Part shown: positions 55,798 to 64,000 of the stretch, piece by piece
Numbering within the stretch: the stretch's first letter is position 1
How the letters are laid out: every line of letters starts with the position of its first letter
DNA from: an uncultured Armatimonadetes bacterium
Lineage (GTDB): Bacteria; Armatimonadota; Hebobacteria; Hebobacterales; Hebobacteraceae
NCBI GenBank assembly: GCA_963716175.1
Contig: OY970296.1
Coordinates: forward strand, 1,376,001-1,440,000
Direction: 5' to 3'
DNA length: 64,000 nt
Program-made: the position numbers and the translations under genes
Notes under the pieces: model-generated
Database searches by the model: none
What the model was told of the DNA's origin: nothing
Seen by the model: the letters and a program-made list of their open reading frames with translations, nothing else

Positions 55798-57456
55798 ATG
55801 CGGACGGAGGCGCAGGAGGCCGGACCGGGGCGCGACCGGGACCACCCGGTCGAGGCGGAGGCGGCCGGTCCGGCCAGCCCCCAACCAGCCGCGGAAGGGG
55901 AGCACCAGCGGCGGATGGGATCGGAGCGAATGCGGTTTCCTGCGGCCCCCCGGTTGGCAATCGAGGAGGTGAGGTTCTGTCTCGGTTGTGACTCGGTGGA
56001 AGCGCGAGTGACGCTGGCGGCGGGTGGGCAGCGCTTCACCGGGGTGACGAACGGCGGGAGTAAGACGCAACCTATATGGCAACTTGCGGCGGCGACTGTG
56101 ACCGCGATCCAGCAGTACTTGCAGCACTGCGCGGTACCAGGACCTGCTTCCCACATCCAACTAGTAGACGCAGCAACGGCCACCACAGGAGTCGGACACG
56201 AGGTTATCCACGTAACAGTCAGACTCACGCGTGACAGCAACCAGACGCACCTGCTAGGGTCCGCACTGGTGCGAAACGATCGGTGCAGCACCGCAGTCGC
56301 CGCCGCTTTGGATGCCACCAGCAGGTGGCTGGGCAGCTTCCGTTCCCCCGCAGTTGTTCCCCTCGACGAAACCGAGCAAGCATCTCCCTCCCGCCAGGCG
56401 CCGGCCGGCGACCCCGAAGCAGAAGTCGAATCGCCGCAGGTGGTGGAGATCCCCGCACCGCGACTGGCGCCCGCCCGGACCCGGCCGTCGGCTTCCACTC
56501 TCACCCTGGGAGTAGAGATCGGCCCCGGCTCGGTGCGGGCAGCCGTGGTGGATGAGAGAGGCCGGATTCTGGCGGAGCAGCGCCGGCCCGCCGATGCTGC
56601 AGCCGGCCCGGAGGCAACTCTCCGCTTGGGGATGGAGGCAGCGCGCGCGGCCCGGGCGAGCCCGGACTGCGCGCCCGAGCGAGTGGCCGCGATGGGCCTG
56701 GCGGCCCCGGGTCGCCTGCGCGCCGGCGATGGGGTGTGCGTCTCCTGGGGCGAGCTTCCGACCTGGCGAGAGGTGCAGCTAGCCGCGCCCTGCTCCCAGG
56801 CGCTCGACCTGCCAGTTTCGCTGATCGGTGTCACCCAGGCCGCGGGCCTGGGCGAGGTCCGTTTCGGCGCAGCCCAGGACCTGGCCAGCGTGATCCTGGC
56901 GCGGGTGGGCCGGGAGATCGAAGTAGCGGTGATCTGCGACGGGCGGCCGCTGGCACTGGGCGAGGGCAACCCGGGGCAGGCCGGGCACATGGTGGTGGCG
57001 CCCGGAGGGCCGCGCTGCACCTGCGGCGAATCGGGCTGCTGGCAGGCGCTGGCAGGACACGAAGCTCTGGTGATGCGGGTCTTGAGGGACTTGAGCAGCG
57101 GCCTGCCCAGCGGCATCCCGGCGGCGGTTGACAATCACCTGGCCGCGATCACCCCCGCGGTGATCTGCCGGCTGGCGGCGGGCGGGGACGCGGTGGCGCG
57201 GGCGGCGGTGGAGGAGACGGGCCGGTTCCTGGCCTTGGGGCTGGCGAACCTGATCGCGCTCTTCGACCCGGAGGCGATTATCCTGGACGGGGCTCCGGGC
57301 CCCGTGGGCTCGGCTCTGCGCCATGCCGCCGAGACCGCGCTCAAGGCCAGCCCGCGGGCTCACATCCTCTCCCGCTGCGTGCTGCTCTCGCCCGGCCTGG
57401 GCGAAACCGCGCCGGTGGTCGGAGCCGCCGCCTGGGCGGCGCAGCAGGCGGGCTAG
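55798..57456 (+). CDS. ROK family protein with an unknown N-terminal domain
   Basis: GHMVVAPGGPRCTCGESGC, LANLIALFDPEAIIL and VVGAA, preceded by a ~130-aa alpha/beta domain. Confidence 0.82.
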   Translation: MRTEAQEAGPGRDRDHPVEAEAAGPASPQPAAEGEHQRRMGSERMRFPAAPRLAIEEVRFCLGCDSVEARVTLAAGGQRFTGVTNGGSKTQPIWQLAAATVTAIQQYLQHCAVPGPASHIQLVDAATATTGVGHEVIHVTVRLTRDSNQTHLLGSALVRNDRCSTAVAAALDATSRWLGSFRSPAVVPLDETEQASPSRQAPAGDPEAEVESPQVVEIPAPRLAPARTRPSASTLTLGVEIGPGSVRAAVVDERGRILAEQRRPADAAAGPEATLRLGMEAARAARASPDCAPERVAAMGLAAPGRLRAGDGVCVSWGELPTWREVQLAAPCSQALDLPVSLIGVTQAAGLGEVRFGAAQDLASVILARVGREIEVAVICDGRPLALGEGNPGQAGHMVVAPGGPRCTCGESGCWQALAGHEALVMRVLRDLSSGLPSGIPAAVDNHLAAITPAVICRLAAGGDAVARAAVEETGRFLALGLANLIALFDPEAIILDGAPGPVGSALRHAAETALKASPRAHILSRCVLLSPGLGETAPVVGAAAWAAQQAG

Positions 57457-57469
57457 TTCGCCTGGAATA

Positions 57470-58727
57470 TCAGGGAGTGCGCCGGGGGGCCGCTCTCGAC
57501 CGCTTGACCTTCGGCTGTTCGGAAACCAGGATCCGCCCGTCCCCCGGGGGGATGGTGAAGCGGGTTCCCGTTTCGCCGGTGAAGGAGTCGCGGGCCGACG
57601 TGCTCAGCTTGACCTGATAAGGCTCGGTGGCATCCGGCAGGTTCATCACCACCAGCGCCTTCTCGTACTGCCGCTGCCAGACGTGAGCGTTGATGCGTTC
57701 CCCGGGCCCGGTGGGCAGGCCGATCTTGACATCGTACTCCGGATACCAGTCGTGCTGGTGGCTGGTGCTATCGCTGAACAGATAGTAGAAGTCGCCGACG
57801 ATCAGCGCGTAGCACATGGTCCAATGCCTGGCCGCCGGGTCCTTCTTGATCGGCTTTCCCTTGTCCGGGTCATTGGGCCATCCGGGCCTGATCGCGCACC
57901 TCCTCGAAGCGCTCGATGATGCTGATGCGGGGTGGCAGCAGCAGCTCCTCGCTGCGCTGCATCATGCGGATGCGGTCATCCCAGGTCTCGTTCGGCATCC
58001 ACTCGCTGCGCTCCGGATGGCTCCAGCCAGACTCGTACATGATCCCGTTGAGGTAGGGCGCCAGCCAGTCGAAGTTGCCGATGTCATAGCCGACGTTGAC
58101 CAGGATCAGGAACTTGCTCCCTACCGCCTCCCGCACGGCCCTGATGATCTTGAGCCAGGGCTCGGGCTCGTCCCGCCAGTTGTCGTAGAACACCCCGTCC
58201 ACGACGCCGGTCTCATAGAGCGCGATGGTCTGGCGGATGACCTTCTGCTGATACTCCGGGTTGTGCCAGTCCATGCGATAGGTGCCGGGCCAGAACTGCT
58301 CCCGCTGGCCATTGACGCGAAGCCACCAGGGGTGATCTTCTGGCAGGGCGCCCTCATCGTACTCGTAGAAGCTGAGGTCGCCGATCACCACTGCATTGGG
58401 GTTCAGCCGCCTGAGCTCGGCCACTCGCTCCCGCGCCACCGGGATGGATTCAAGGGCGAACCCGTCGGCCAGCACGGAGGGCTCGCGGTTGGGCGCCAGG
58501 CCCAACGCATCGGTGCTCGTCATAATCAGGCCGTGCCGCGCCAGGCCCCGGGGCGAGTCGTCGCCGCGCACCGGCGCCCACATCATGGCGATGCGAGGGA
58601 ACGGCGTGTTGGTGATCATGGTGAGCTTTCCTTTGTGGGCTGATGGTGATGCGGCCTTTGCCCGCCCGTCGCCGGGCAGGGCCAGCAGAAGAATCCCCAT
58701 TGCTGCCAGCAGCAGTTTCGCAGTCAT
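57470..58727 (-). CDS. Secreted putative glycoside hydrolase (GHL15-like); frameshift at ~57885
   Basis: Signal peptide, DGVFYDNW and LNGIMYE. C-terminal WYPEYD..IG.P.G...VWQRQYEKALVVMN follows after removing one C. Confidence 0.65.
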
Positions 58728-58893
58728 ACCATCGTACTCCTGTCACTGTGGAGGAGCCAGAACAAGAATGGCCGGCGGGCATCCAGAGATGGCTAGGTCG
58801 CCTATGGCGACCGCCATGGCGGCCTGCATAGCAGGCCTAGCCACATGCCCGCCCTACAGCAGCTGTACGCGTTGGCGGCGGATCTACGTTACC

Positions 58894-59964
58894 TCAGTAT
58901 ACCCCGTGGTCGTCAATCGCATCCATAATCGCCCGCATCCCCTCCTTGAAGGCACGCTCGCTCTCGTCATCGGTGATGCCGTAGGAGCCCATCTCGGTCA
59001 TCCCGATCACCAGCCGGCCGCTGCCCTTGTCCTGCTTCAGCAGATCCACGGTGTAGTCATAGCTCTGCTGCCGTCCCAGCCAGAAGATGGTCTCGGGGAA
59101 GTTGACCCAGATCACAGTGTCCGGGCCCCAGGCAGCGCGGGCGTCGGCGAGGGAGAGATCGCCGACCGGCGGGGGAGTGAAGGCCTCCACCACCGGCACG
59201 CCGGTCTGCCCGACCAGATCCTTGAACGCGGATAGGTTTGAGTTGTGCGCATGCAGGGCGCAGAGCTTGCCGCCCGCCCGGAGCTGGGGCGCATATCGCC
59301 GGTAGAAGGGAAGCACATACTGCCGGTACTGCTTGGGGCCGTAGATTCCGCTCAGCGAACCCAGCGAAGTGAGCTCGCCCGGCGCCGCCAGCACCAGGGG
59401 AAGCAGTCTCTCGGCGCGCCGCTCCAGCGCCGCCAGCAGTTGCGCGAACTGCTCGGGGTGCTCCCGCTGGCCCACGGCCCAGCCCTCCAGAGAGAAGTAG
59501 CTGCTGGTTCCGTCATAGGGCGGCGAGAGTCCGTCCAGCCGCACGATGCCATCGCTGCCGATATCCCGCACATCCGCGAGGAATCCCTCGTAGTCGGCGT
59601 GAAAGATGGTGTGCTCGATCATAAAGATCGCCGGCTGGTAGTCGGCGACCTCCTTGATCAACCATTCCGTGGCGACGCTCTCGCCGTCCGAGATCCTCCC
59701 CACATGGGTGCGCGCGGCCTGTCCCACACTGCCCACCGGGGTGTGGTAGATCACGCGGCTGATATCCCCCTCCGTCTTGTGCTCGACCGCCACCTCCGTC
59801 GTCTCCGACCACACCGCGCGGCAGCGCAGGCAGAGCCCCATGCCCCGGTTGCGCAGCTCACGCTCGAAGTCGCCGCGGGGCACGAGGTTGTCATAGGGAG
59901 CATAGGGGACACGATCCGGCCGCTCGCCGTGCAACACCGCGTCCATGCGCTCGGCGAAGTTCAT
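58894..59964 (-). CDS. Uroporphyrinogen decarboxylase (URO-D)-like family protein
   Basis: ERMDAVLHGERPDRVP, YHTPVG, EAFTPPPVGD.SLADARAAWG and WVNFP. Confidence 0.75.
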   Translation of the reverse strand: MNFAERMDAVLHGERPDRVPYAPYDNLVPRGDFERELRNRGMGLCLRCRAVWSETTEVAVEHKTEGDISRVIYHTPVGSVGQAARTHVGRISDGESVATEWLIKEVADYQPAIFMIEHTIFHADYEGFLADVRDIGSDGIVRLDGLSPPYDGTSSYFSLEGWAVGQREHPEQFAQLLAALERRAERLLPLVLAAPGELTSLGSLSGIYGPKQYRQYVLPFYRRYAPQLRAGGKLCALHAHNSNLSAFKDLVGQTGVPVVEAFTPPPVGDLSLADARAAWGPDTVIWVNFPETIFWLGRQQSYDYTVDLLKQDKGSGRLVIGMTEMGSYGITDDESERAFKEGMRAIMDAIDDHGVY

Positions 59965-59983
59965 CGGCAGCAACCTCCCGGGC

Positions 59984-60905
59984 TCAGCCGATCACCTTGC
60001 TCATGTACCGGCGCGCCAGGCTGACTTGCCGCTTCACCTCCTCCAGGGCCCTCCAGCTCGTGGTTCGGGCCCAGGCAGGGGTGGCAGAACTCATAGGTGA
60101 GGTAGCCGGCGTAGCCAATGCCCTTCAGCGCCTTGATGAAATCGGGATAGTTGATCGGGCCCCGGCGAGAGAAGCGGATGGGCCGCTGCACGGCTTCGCC
60201 ATTCGCCTCCTCGAACTCGCCTCCGTAGTGGGAGTGCACCTGCAGCGCGCCGGTGGCGCGCACCGCCTCCGTGACATAGGCCTCATCCTGGCGCGCTAGC
60301 AGGGGGCAGTCCAGGCACGCCTTCAGGGCCGGAGAGTTGACCTCTCGCACCAGGTCCAGCACGTCAATGTAGTCTCGAATGAAGGGCTCGTGGTTCTGCA
60401 GCGCCAGGGTCACGCCCATGCTGCCGGCGAAGTCGGCCAGCTCTCGCAGGCACTCCTTCACCCAATGCCACTGGTCGAGGAAGGTGACGTCCGGACCCTG
60501 GTCCCAATGGCGCCGGGTGATGTCGTAGACGGCATGGCCCTCCTGCATTGTGACCCCCCGCCAGGCCGCGAACACGCGCAGCAGCGGCGCTCCCAGGTCC
60601 CGAGCCAGCTTGATCTGCTCCCTGGTCACCAGCAGCTCGTTCTCTCGCTGCTCGATGATGGGGCTGGCGAAGTTGCTGTACCCGGCCACCGCGGGGATCT
60701 CCAGGCTCAACTTGGCCGCTTGCTGCTTGATCTTTTCCCGCGCCTTAGCGTCCAGGTCCATGGGGTTGCCATGAGGCCGCTTGGCCCCGATCTCCACCCC
60801 CGCGTAGCCCATGTCCTTCGCCAGCTTCAGCACCTCGTCCAAGGGCAGCCCGGGGCCGTCGTACCAGGCGCCCGAGAAGCTCACCGTGTATAGGCCGACC
60901 TTCAT
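59984..60905 (-). CDS. Sugar phosphate isomerase/epimerase (xylose-isomerase-like TIM barrel); frameshift at ~60049
   Basis: GYAGVEI, LARDLGAPLLRVF, LALQNH and GYAGYLTYEFC. Removing one C gives a clean end (EEVKRQVSLARRYMSKVIG*). Confidence 0.82.
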
Positions 60906-61102
60906 CGCTCTCGCCTCCCCTGAGTCAGTCTCGTGCTACCTGCTTCCCTTTCGCTGGGCCGCTTCCTGCCGGGCCGCGCCACCCATCTGCCAGAGGCAAG
61001 GAGAGGGCAGACCGGGTTGGAAGATGGGAGGCAGTGCAGGCCCCGCTGGCAAACCGACCGAACACTTCGGCCGCGTTATCCGTCTCTTGCTATGAGGCCG
61101 CG

Positions 61103-61600
61103 ATGAGTGACTTCGAGGGGTTCTACCGGGATCACGTGCAACTGGTGCATGGTCTGGCTCTGGCGCGCACGGGAGCAATGGAGCAGGCTGAAGACCTGAC
61201 CCAGGACACTTTCCTGCGGGCCTGGCAGCACTTCGCGCTGCTCTCCGCGGCCGACCCCGTCACCCGCCGGGCCTGGCTGGTGCGCACTTTGCGCAATCTG
61301 ATGGTTGACGCCTGGCGGCGCCGGGGCAGAGAGACTGCGGAATCGCTGGAGAGGCCGGACCCCGGTCCGGAGGCCGCGAGGCGGGCGGAGTTGCGGGTGG
61401 ACTTGCAGAGGGCGCTGTCGGAGCTGGGCGAGAGGGACCAGGAGATGGTGGTGCTGCGCTATCTGGACGACAGGAACAGCCGGGAGATCGCCGCCATCGT
61501 GGGCGTGCCCGAGGGCACAGTGAGACGCCGGCTGGCGGACTGCCGCAAGCTGCTCGCCGAGCAGCTCTCCTCATGGGCGCCCAGGAGGACACAGGGATGA
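61103..61600 (+). CDS. ECF RNA polymerase sigma-70 factor
   Basis: AEDLTQDTFLRAW, AWL...RN..VD.WRR and EIAAIVGVPEGTVRRRL. Confidence 0.92.
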   Translation: MSDFEGFYRDHVQLVHGLALARTGAMEQAEDLTQDTFLRAWQHFALLSAADPVTRRAWLVRTLRNLMVDAWRRRGRETAESLERPDPGPEAARRAELRVDLQRALSELGERDQEMVVLRYLDDRNSREIAAIVGVPEGTVRRRLADCRKLLAEQLSSWAPRRTQG

Positions 61601-61821
61601 CCGCAAGGGAGCTGGACCGCAAGCTGGGACAGGCCTTCGGAGAGGGCCTTGGGATGAACAAGTCGCAAGAAGAGGCGCTGTGGCAGGCCTTCCTGGCGCG
61701 GGCGCAGGCGGAGGCGCAGGCTTGGTCGGCCTTCGTGACCGTGATGGTGGTGATGAACCGCAGGCTGAGGCCGGCGCTGCGCGCCTCGGCCTGGCCTGGG
61801 TCGTTTCATCCCAGATGGTAA
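61597..61821 (+). CDS. Small protein coupled to the ECF sigma (possible anti-sigma)
   Basis: ATGA overlap with the sigma stop and an AGGAGG upstream. 74 aa. Confidence 0.5.
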   Translation: MTARELDRKLGQAFGEGLGMNKSQEEALWQAFLARAQAEAQAWSAFVTVMVVMNRRLRPALRASAWPGSFHPRW

Positions 61822-61851
61822 GAAGCGCAATCAAAGCAAGGAGCAAGAGCG

Positions 61852-62628
61852 ATGAGCGAGCAGGAAGAGAGAGAAGGGGAGCAGGCCTCGAGGACCGGGT
61901 TTGCCCAGAACGGGATGGTCCAGGGCGTCCCCGGGAAGAACATCGAGCTGAACGGCGTGCTGGACCTGCGCGGGGTGCCGGCGGAACAGGTCGCCGCCAT
62001 CGAATCCATCCGGATCAACGGCCTGGTGATGATGGACGAGGGCAACCGCAATGCCCTGGCGGGAGTGAAGTCGGAGATCAACGGCACGGTGGTGGTGGCA
62101 GATCCGGATCTTCGGGTGATGCTGGAGCCGGACTTCCAGTTGTCGCAGGCGACACTGGAAGGCATGCCGGCGGGACAGAAGCTGATGCTGGTGGGCATGG
62201 TGTTCTTCAAGCCGGACGTGTCCCCCGCGCTGGTGGCGGAGAAGTTCGATCAGCTCCGGATCGTGGGCATCTTGGTGGCCTGCGAAGGCGTCTACGGCGC
62301 GCTGCTGGGGAAGATGGAGATCACCGGCATCAGCATCACCCTCCCGCCCGACGCGGGCCCCGTGGTGCGTTCCATGGGCCAGAATACCTGGACGCTGGAC
62401 TATGTCTCCCGGATGCAGGATGACAGCACCTATGTCAATATCGGTGCCACCGCGATCCCTGATGGCATCTCTGAGGAGCTGCTCGCCCGGAAGGTTCGCG
62501 CCTACTACAACGTGGGAATGACCACGGCCCCGGCCCCTCTGCTGGCCCTGCTCAAGTCCCGCTGCCCCACCAATCTGGGCGAGTTCGCCGAGCCTGGCGG
62601 CGAGGAGCAGGAAGAGGGGGACGACTAG
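61852..62628 (+). CDS. Conserved hypothetical protein (beta-rich internal repeats)
   Basis: AAGGAG RBS and repeated ING/IVG/NIG/NVG units. Confidence 0.7.
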   Translation: MSEQEEREGEQASRTGFAQNGMVQGVPGKNIELNGVLDLRGVPAEQVAAIESIRINGLVMMDEGNRNALAGVKSEINGTVVVADPDLRVMLEPDFQLSQATLEGMPAGQKLMLVGMVFFKPDVSPALVAEKFDQLRIVGILVACEGVYGALLGKMEITGISITLPPDAGPVVRSMGQNTWTLDYVSRMQDDSTYVNIGATAIPDGISEELLARKVRAYYNVGMTTAPAPLLALLKSRCPTNLGEFAEPGGEEQEEGDD

Positions 62629-62634
62629 GCTCTT

Positions 62635-62688
62635 GTAGGGCGGCCATGCGCCCCGGAGCCATGGCGCAGGGGCGCATCGCCGCCCAGA
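62635..62688 (+). repeat. GTAG-type REP-like element, family C
   Basis: GTAGGGCGGCCATGCGCCCC...GGGGCGCATCGCCGCCC, matching the element at 14370. Confidence 0.75.
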
Positions 62689-62829
62689 AGGCTCGAGCGC
62701 CACTTTGTCGGAGCCCCGTCCCCGGGGCGATTGGATGCCAGAAAAAAGCGGCCGGGCCTGAAACCCGGACCCGGCCGCTCCCGTAATCAGTAGTGATCCT
62801 ATGATTCTCACCCACAGGGGGGAACGCCG

Positions 62830-64000
62830 GTGCCCAGAGCTTGCTTGCGCTCGTATTTACTGCTGGTAAACGCTATATCTCTCCTGCTGGCCTGCCTGGC
62901 GGCCGGTGCAGCCGAGGGAGAGAAGAAGACACAAGGGGCACCCGCGGCCGCGCCTCAGGCAGCGCGGACTGCTCCGGTCATCCATGGCGTCTACGTGCAG
63001 GCCGCGCCCAGCATAGATGGGAAGCTCGACGAGGCCTGCTGGAGCCAGGCCTCCCGGCTGGAGGGGTTCTTCTGCCCCAATGTGGACAGCCCGCCCCCCG
63101 ATGAGACCATCGGGCTGATCTGCCTGGACGAGAAGGCGCTCTACGTGGGCTTCATCTGCAACGACAAGACCCCCAACGATATCGTCGCCCGTGAGACTAA
63201 GCGCAATGGCGACATCGGCTCGGACGATTTCGTCCTGCTCGTGGTGGACCCCTGGCACAAGCACACCGACTTCTACCAGTTCGCGGTGAATGCCGCCGGC
63301 ACTCAGTTCGAGACCATCCCGGGTGGGTCGGCCACCAAGATCGAGTGGCGCGGCGACTGGAGCGGGGCCGCCACGCGCACTGCCACCGGGTGGCAAGCGG
63401 AGATGGCCATCCCCTATTCCATCCTCCGCTATCCCGCGGGCCAGACTACCTTCGGGCTGGCGATCGCCCGGCAGTTCGCGCAAGAGCGCATCATGTCCGT
63501 CTACCCCAACACGGGCCGCTCCGTTGACCCCACGCTCTTCCTCGACCTGGTGGGGCTGCGCCTTCCTGGCAGCGTGTCGCGGCCGGTGGTGATGTCCTAC
63601 CTCACCATGGACACCGCGGCCCTAGCCGGCGGCTACAAGACCGGGGTGGATGTTCAGTACAAGCTGCCCAATGGTTTGACTGCGCTGGGCGCCGCCAATC
63701 CGGATTTCACCCAGATCGAGGACACGGTCGAGCCCATCTCCTTCTCCTACACGGAGCGCTATCGCCCCGACCTGCGGCCCTTCTTCGTGACCGGCGAGGA
63801 CGGCTTCCTGCCCAGGGAGCATCTGCTCTACACGCGCCGGATCGAGAAGTTCGACGCCGGGGCCAAGCTCTTCGGCACCGTGGGCGATGAGACCATCGGC
63901 CTGCTCGATGCCATGACCTACGGACAGCAGAACGCCCTCGCCGCCTCCTGGCGACACCGCTTCGACGACAACACCGCCGCCAAGCTGCTGTTGGTCTCGG
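62830..64000 (+). CDS. Secreted CBM9-like / DUF5916-like protein, 3'-partial
   Basis: Signal peptide, PSIDGKLDEACW, LYVGF.C.D, QFAVNAAGTQ, WQAEMAIP, NPDFTQIE and RPFF. Open to the window end, so absent from the ORF track. Confidence 0.8.
   Translation, partial: MPRACLRSYLLLVNAISLLLACLAAGAAEGEKKTQGAPAAAPQAARTAPVIHGVYVQAAPSIDGKLDEACWSQASRLEGFFCPNVDSPPPDETIGLICLDEKALYVGFICNDKTPNDIVARETKRNGDIGSDDFVLLVVDPWHKHTDFYQFAVNAAGTQFETIPGGSATKIEWRGDWSGAATRTATGWQAEMAIPYSILRYPAGQTTFGLAIARQFAQERIMSVYPNTGRSVDPTLFLDLVGLRLPGSVSRPVVMSYLTMDTAALAGGYKTGVDVQYKLPNGLTALGAANPDFTQIEDTVEPISFSYTERYRPDLRPFFVTGEDGFLPREHLLYTRRIEKFDAGAKLFGTVGDETIGLLDAMTYGQQNALAASWRHRFDDNTAAKLLLVS

Overview
This is a high-GC bacterial chromosome segment. 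Its gene content (many Gfo/Idh/MocA, sulfatase-, URO-D- and GH-like proteins, several short secretins) suggests an Armatimonadota-like organism; that assignment is inference only. Housekeeping genes are a PrsA-like foldase, mazG, ppdK, a CCA-adding/HD enzyme, an MrfA/MrfB-like helicase-exonuclease pair and dnaX-ybaB-recR. They are interspersed with carbohydrate-type enzymes and a dense set of short palindromic REP-like repeats from several families. The most unusual element is a REP-associated Y1 (HUH) tyrosine transposase at 7027-7605 that appears circularly permuted: its normal N-terminal motif sits at the C-terminus, joined by a linker encoded by two of its own REP copies. Other highlights are REP-like elements inserted in frame in an acyl-CoA dehydratase activase gene, three translationally coupled secretin paralogs with no secretion machinery nearby, and a divergent regulatory cluster (Cys-rich-domain Rex with a degenerate NAD site, response regulator, NDP-sugar pyrophosphorylase | MerR-like HTH, pseudo-ROK fusion). 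There are also several small unannotated proteins. At least eight small-indel frameshifts after ~33.8 kb, including one in recR, are most likely sequencing errors. No rRNA, tRNA or CRISPR array was seen.
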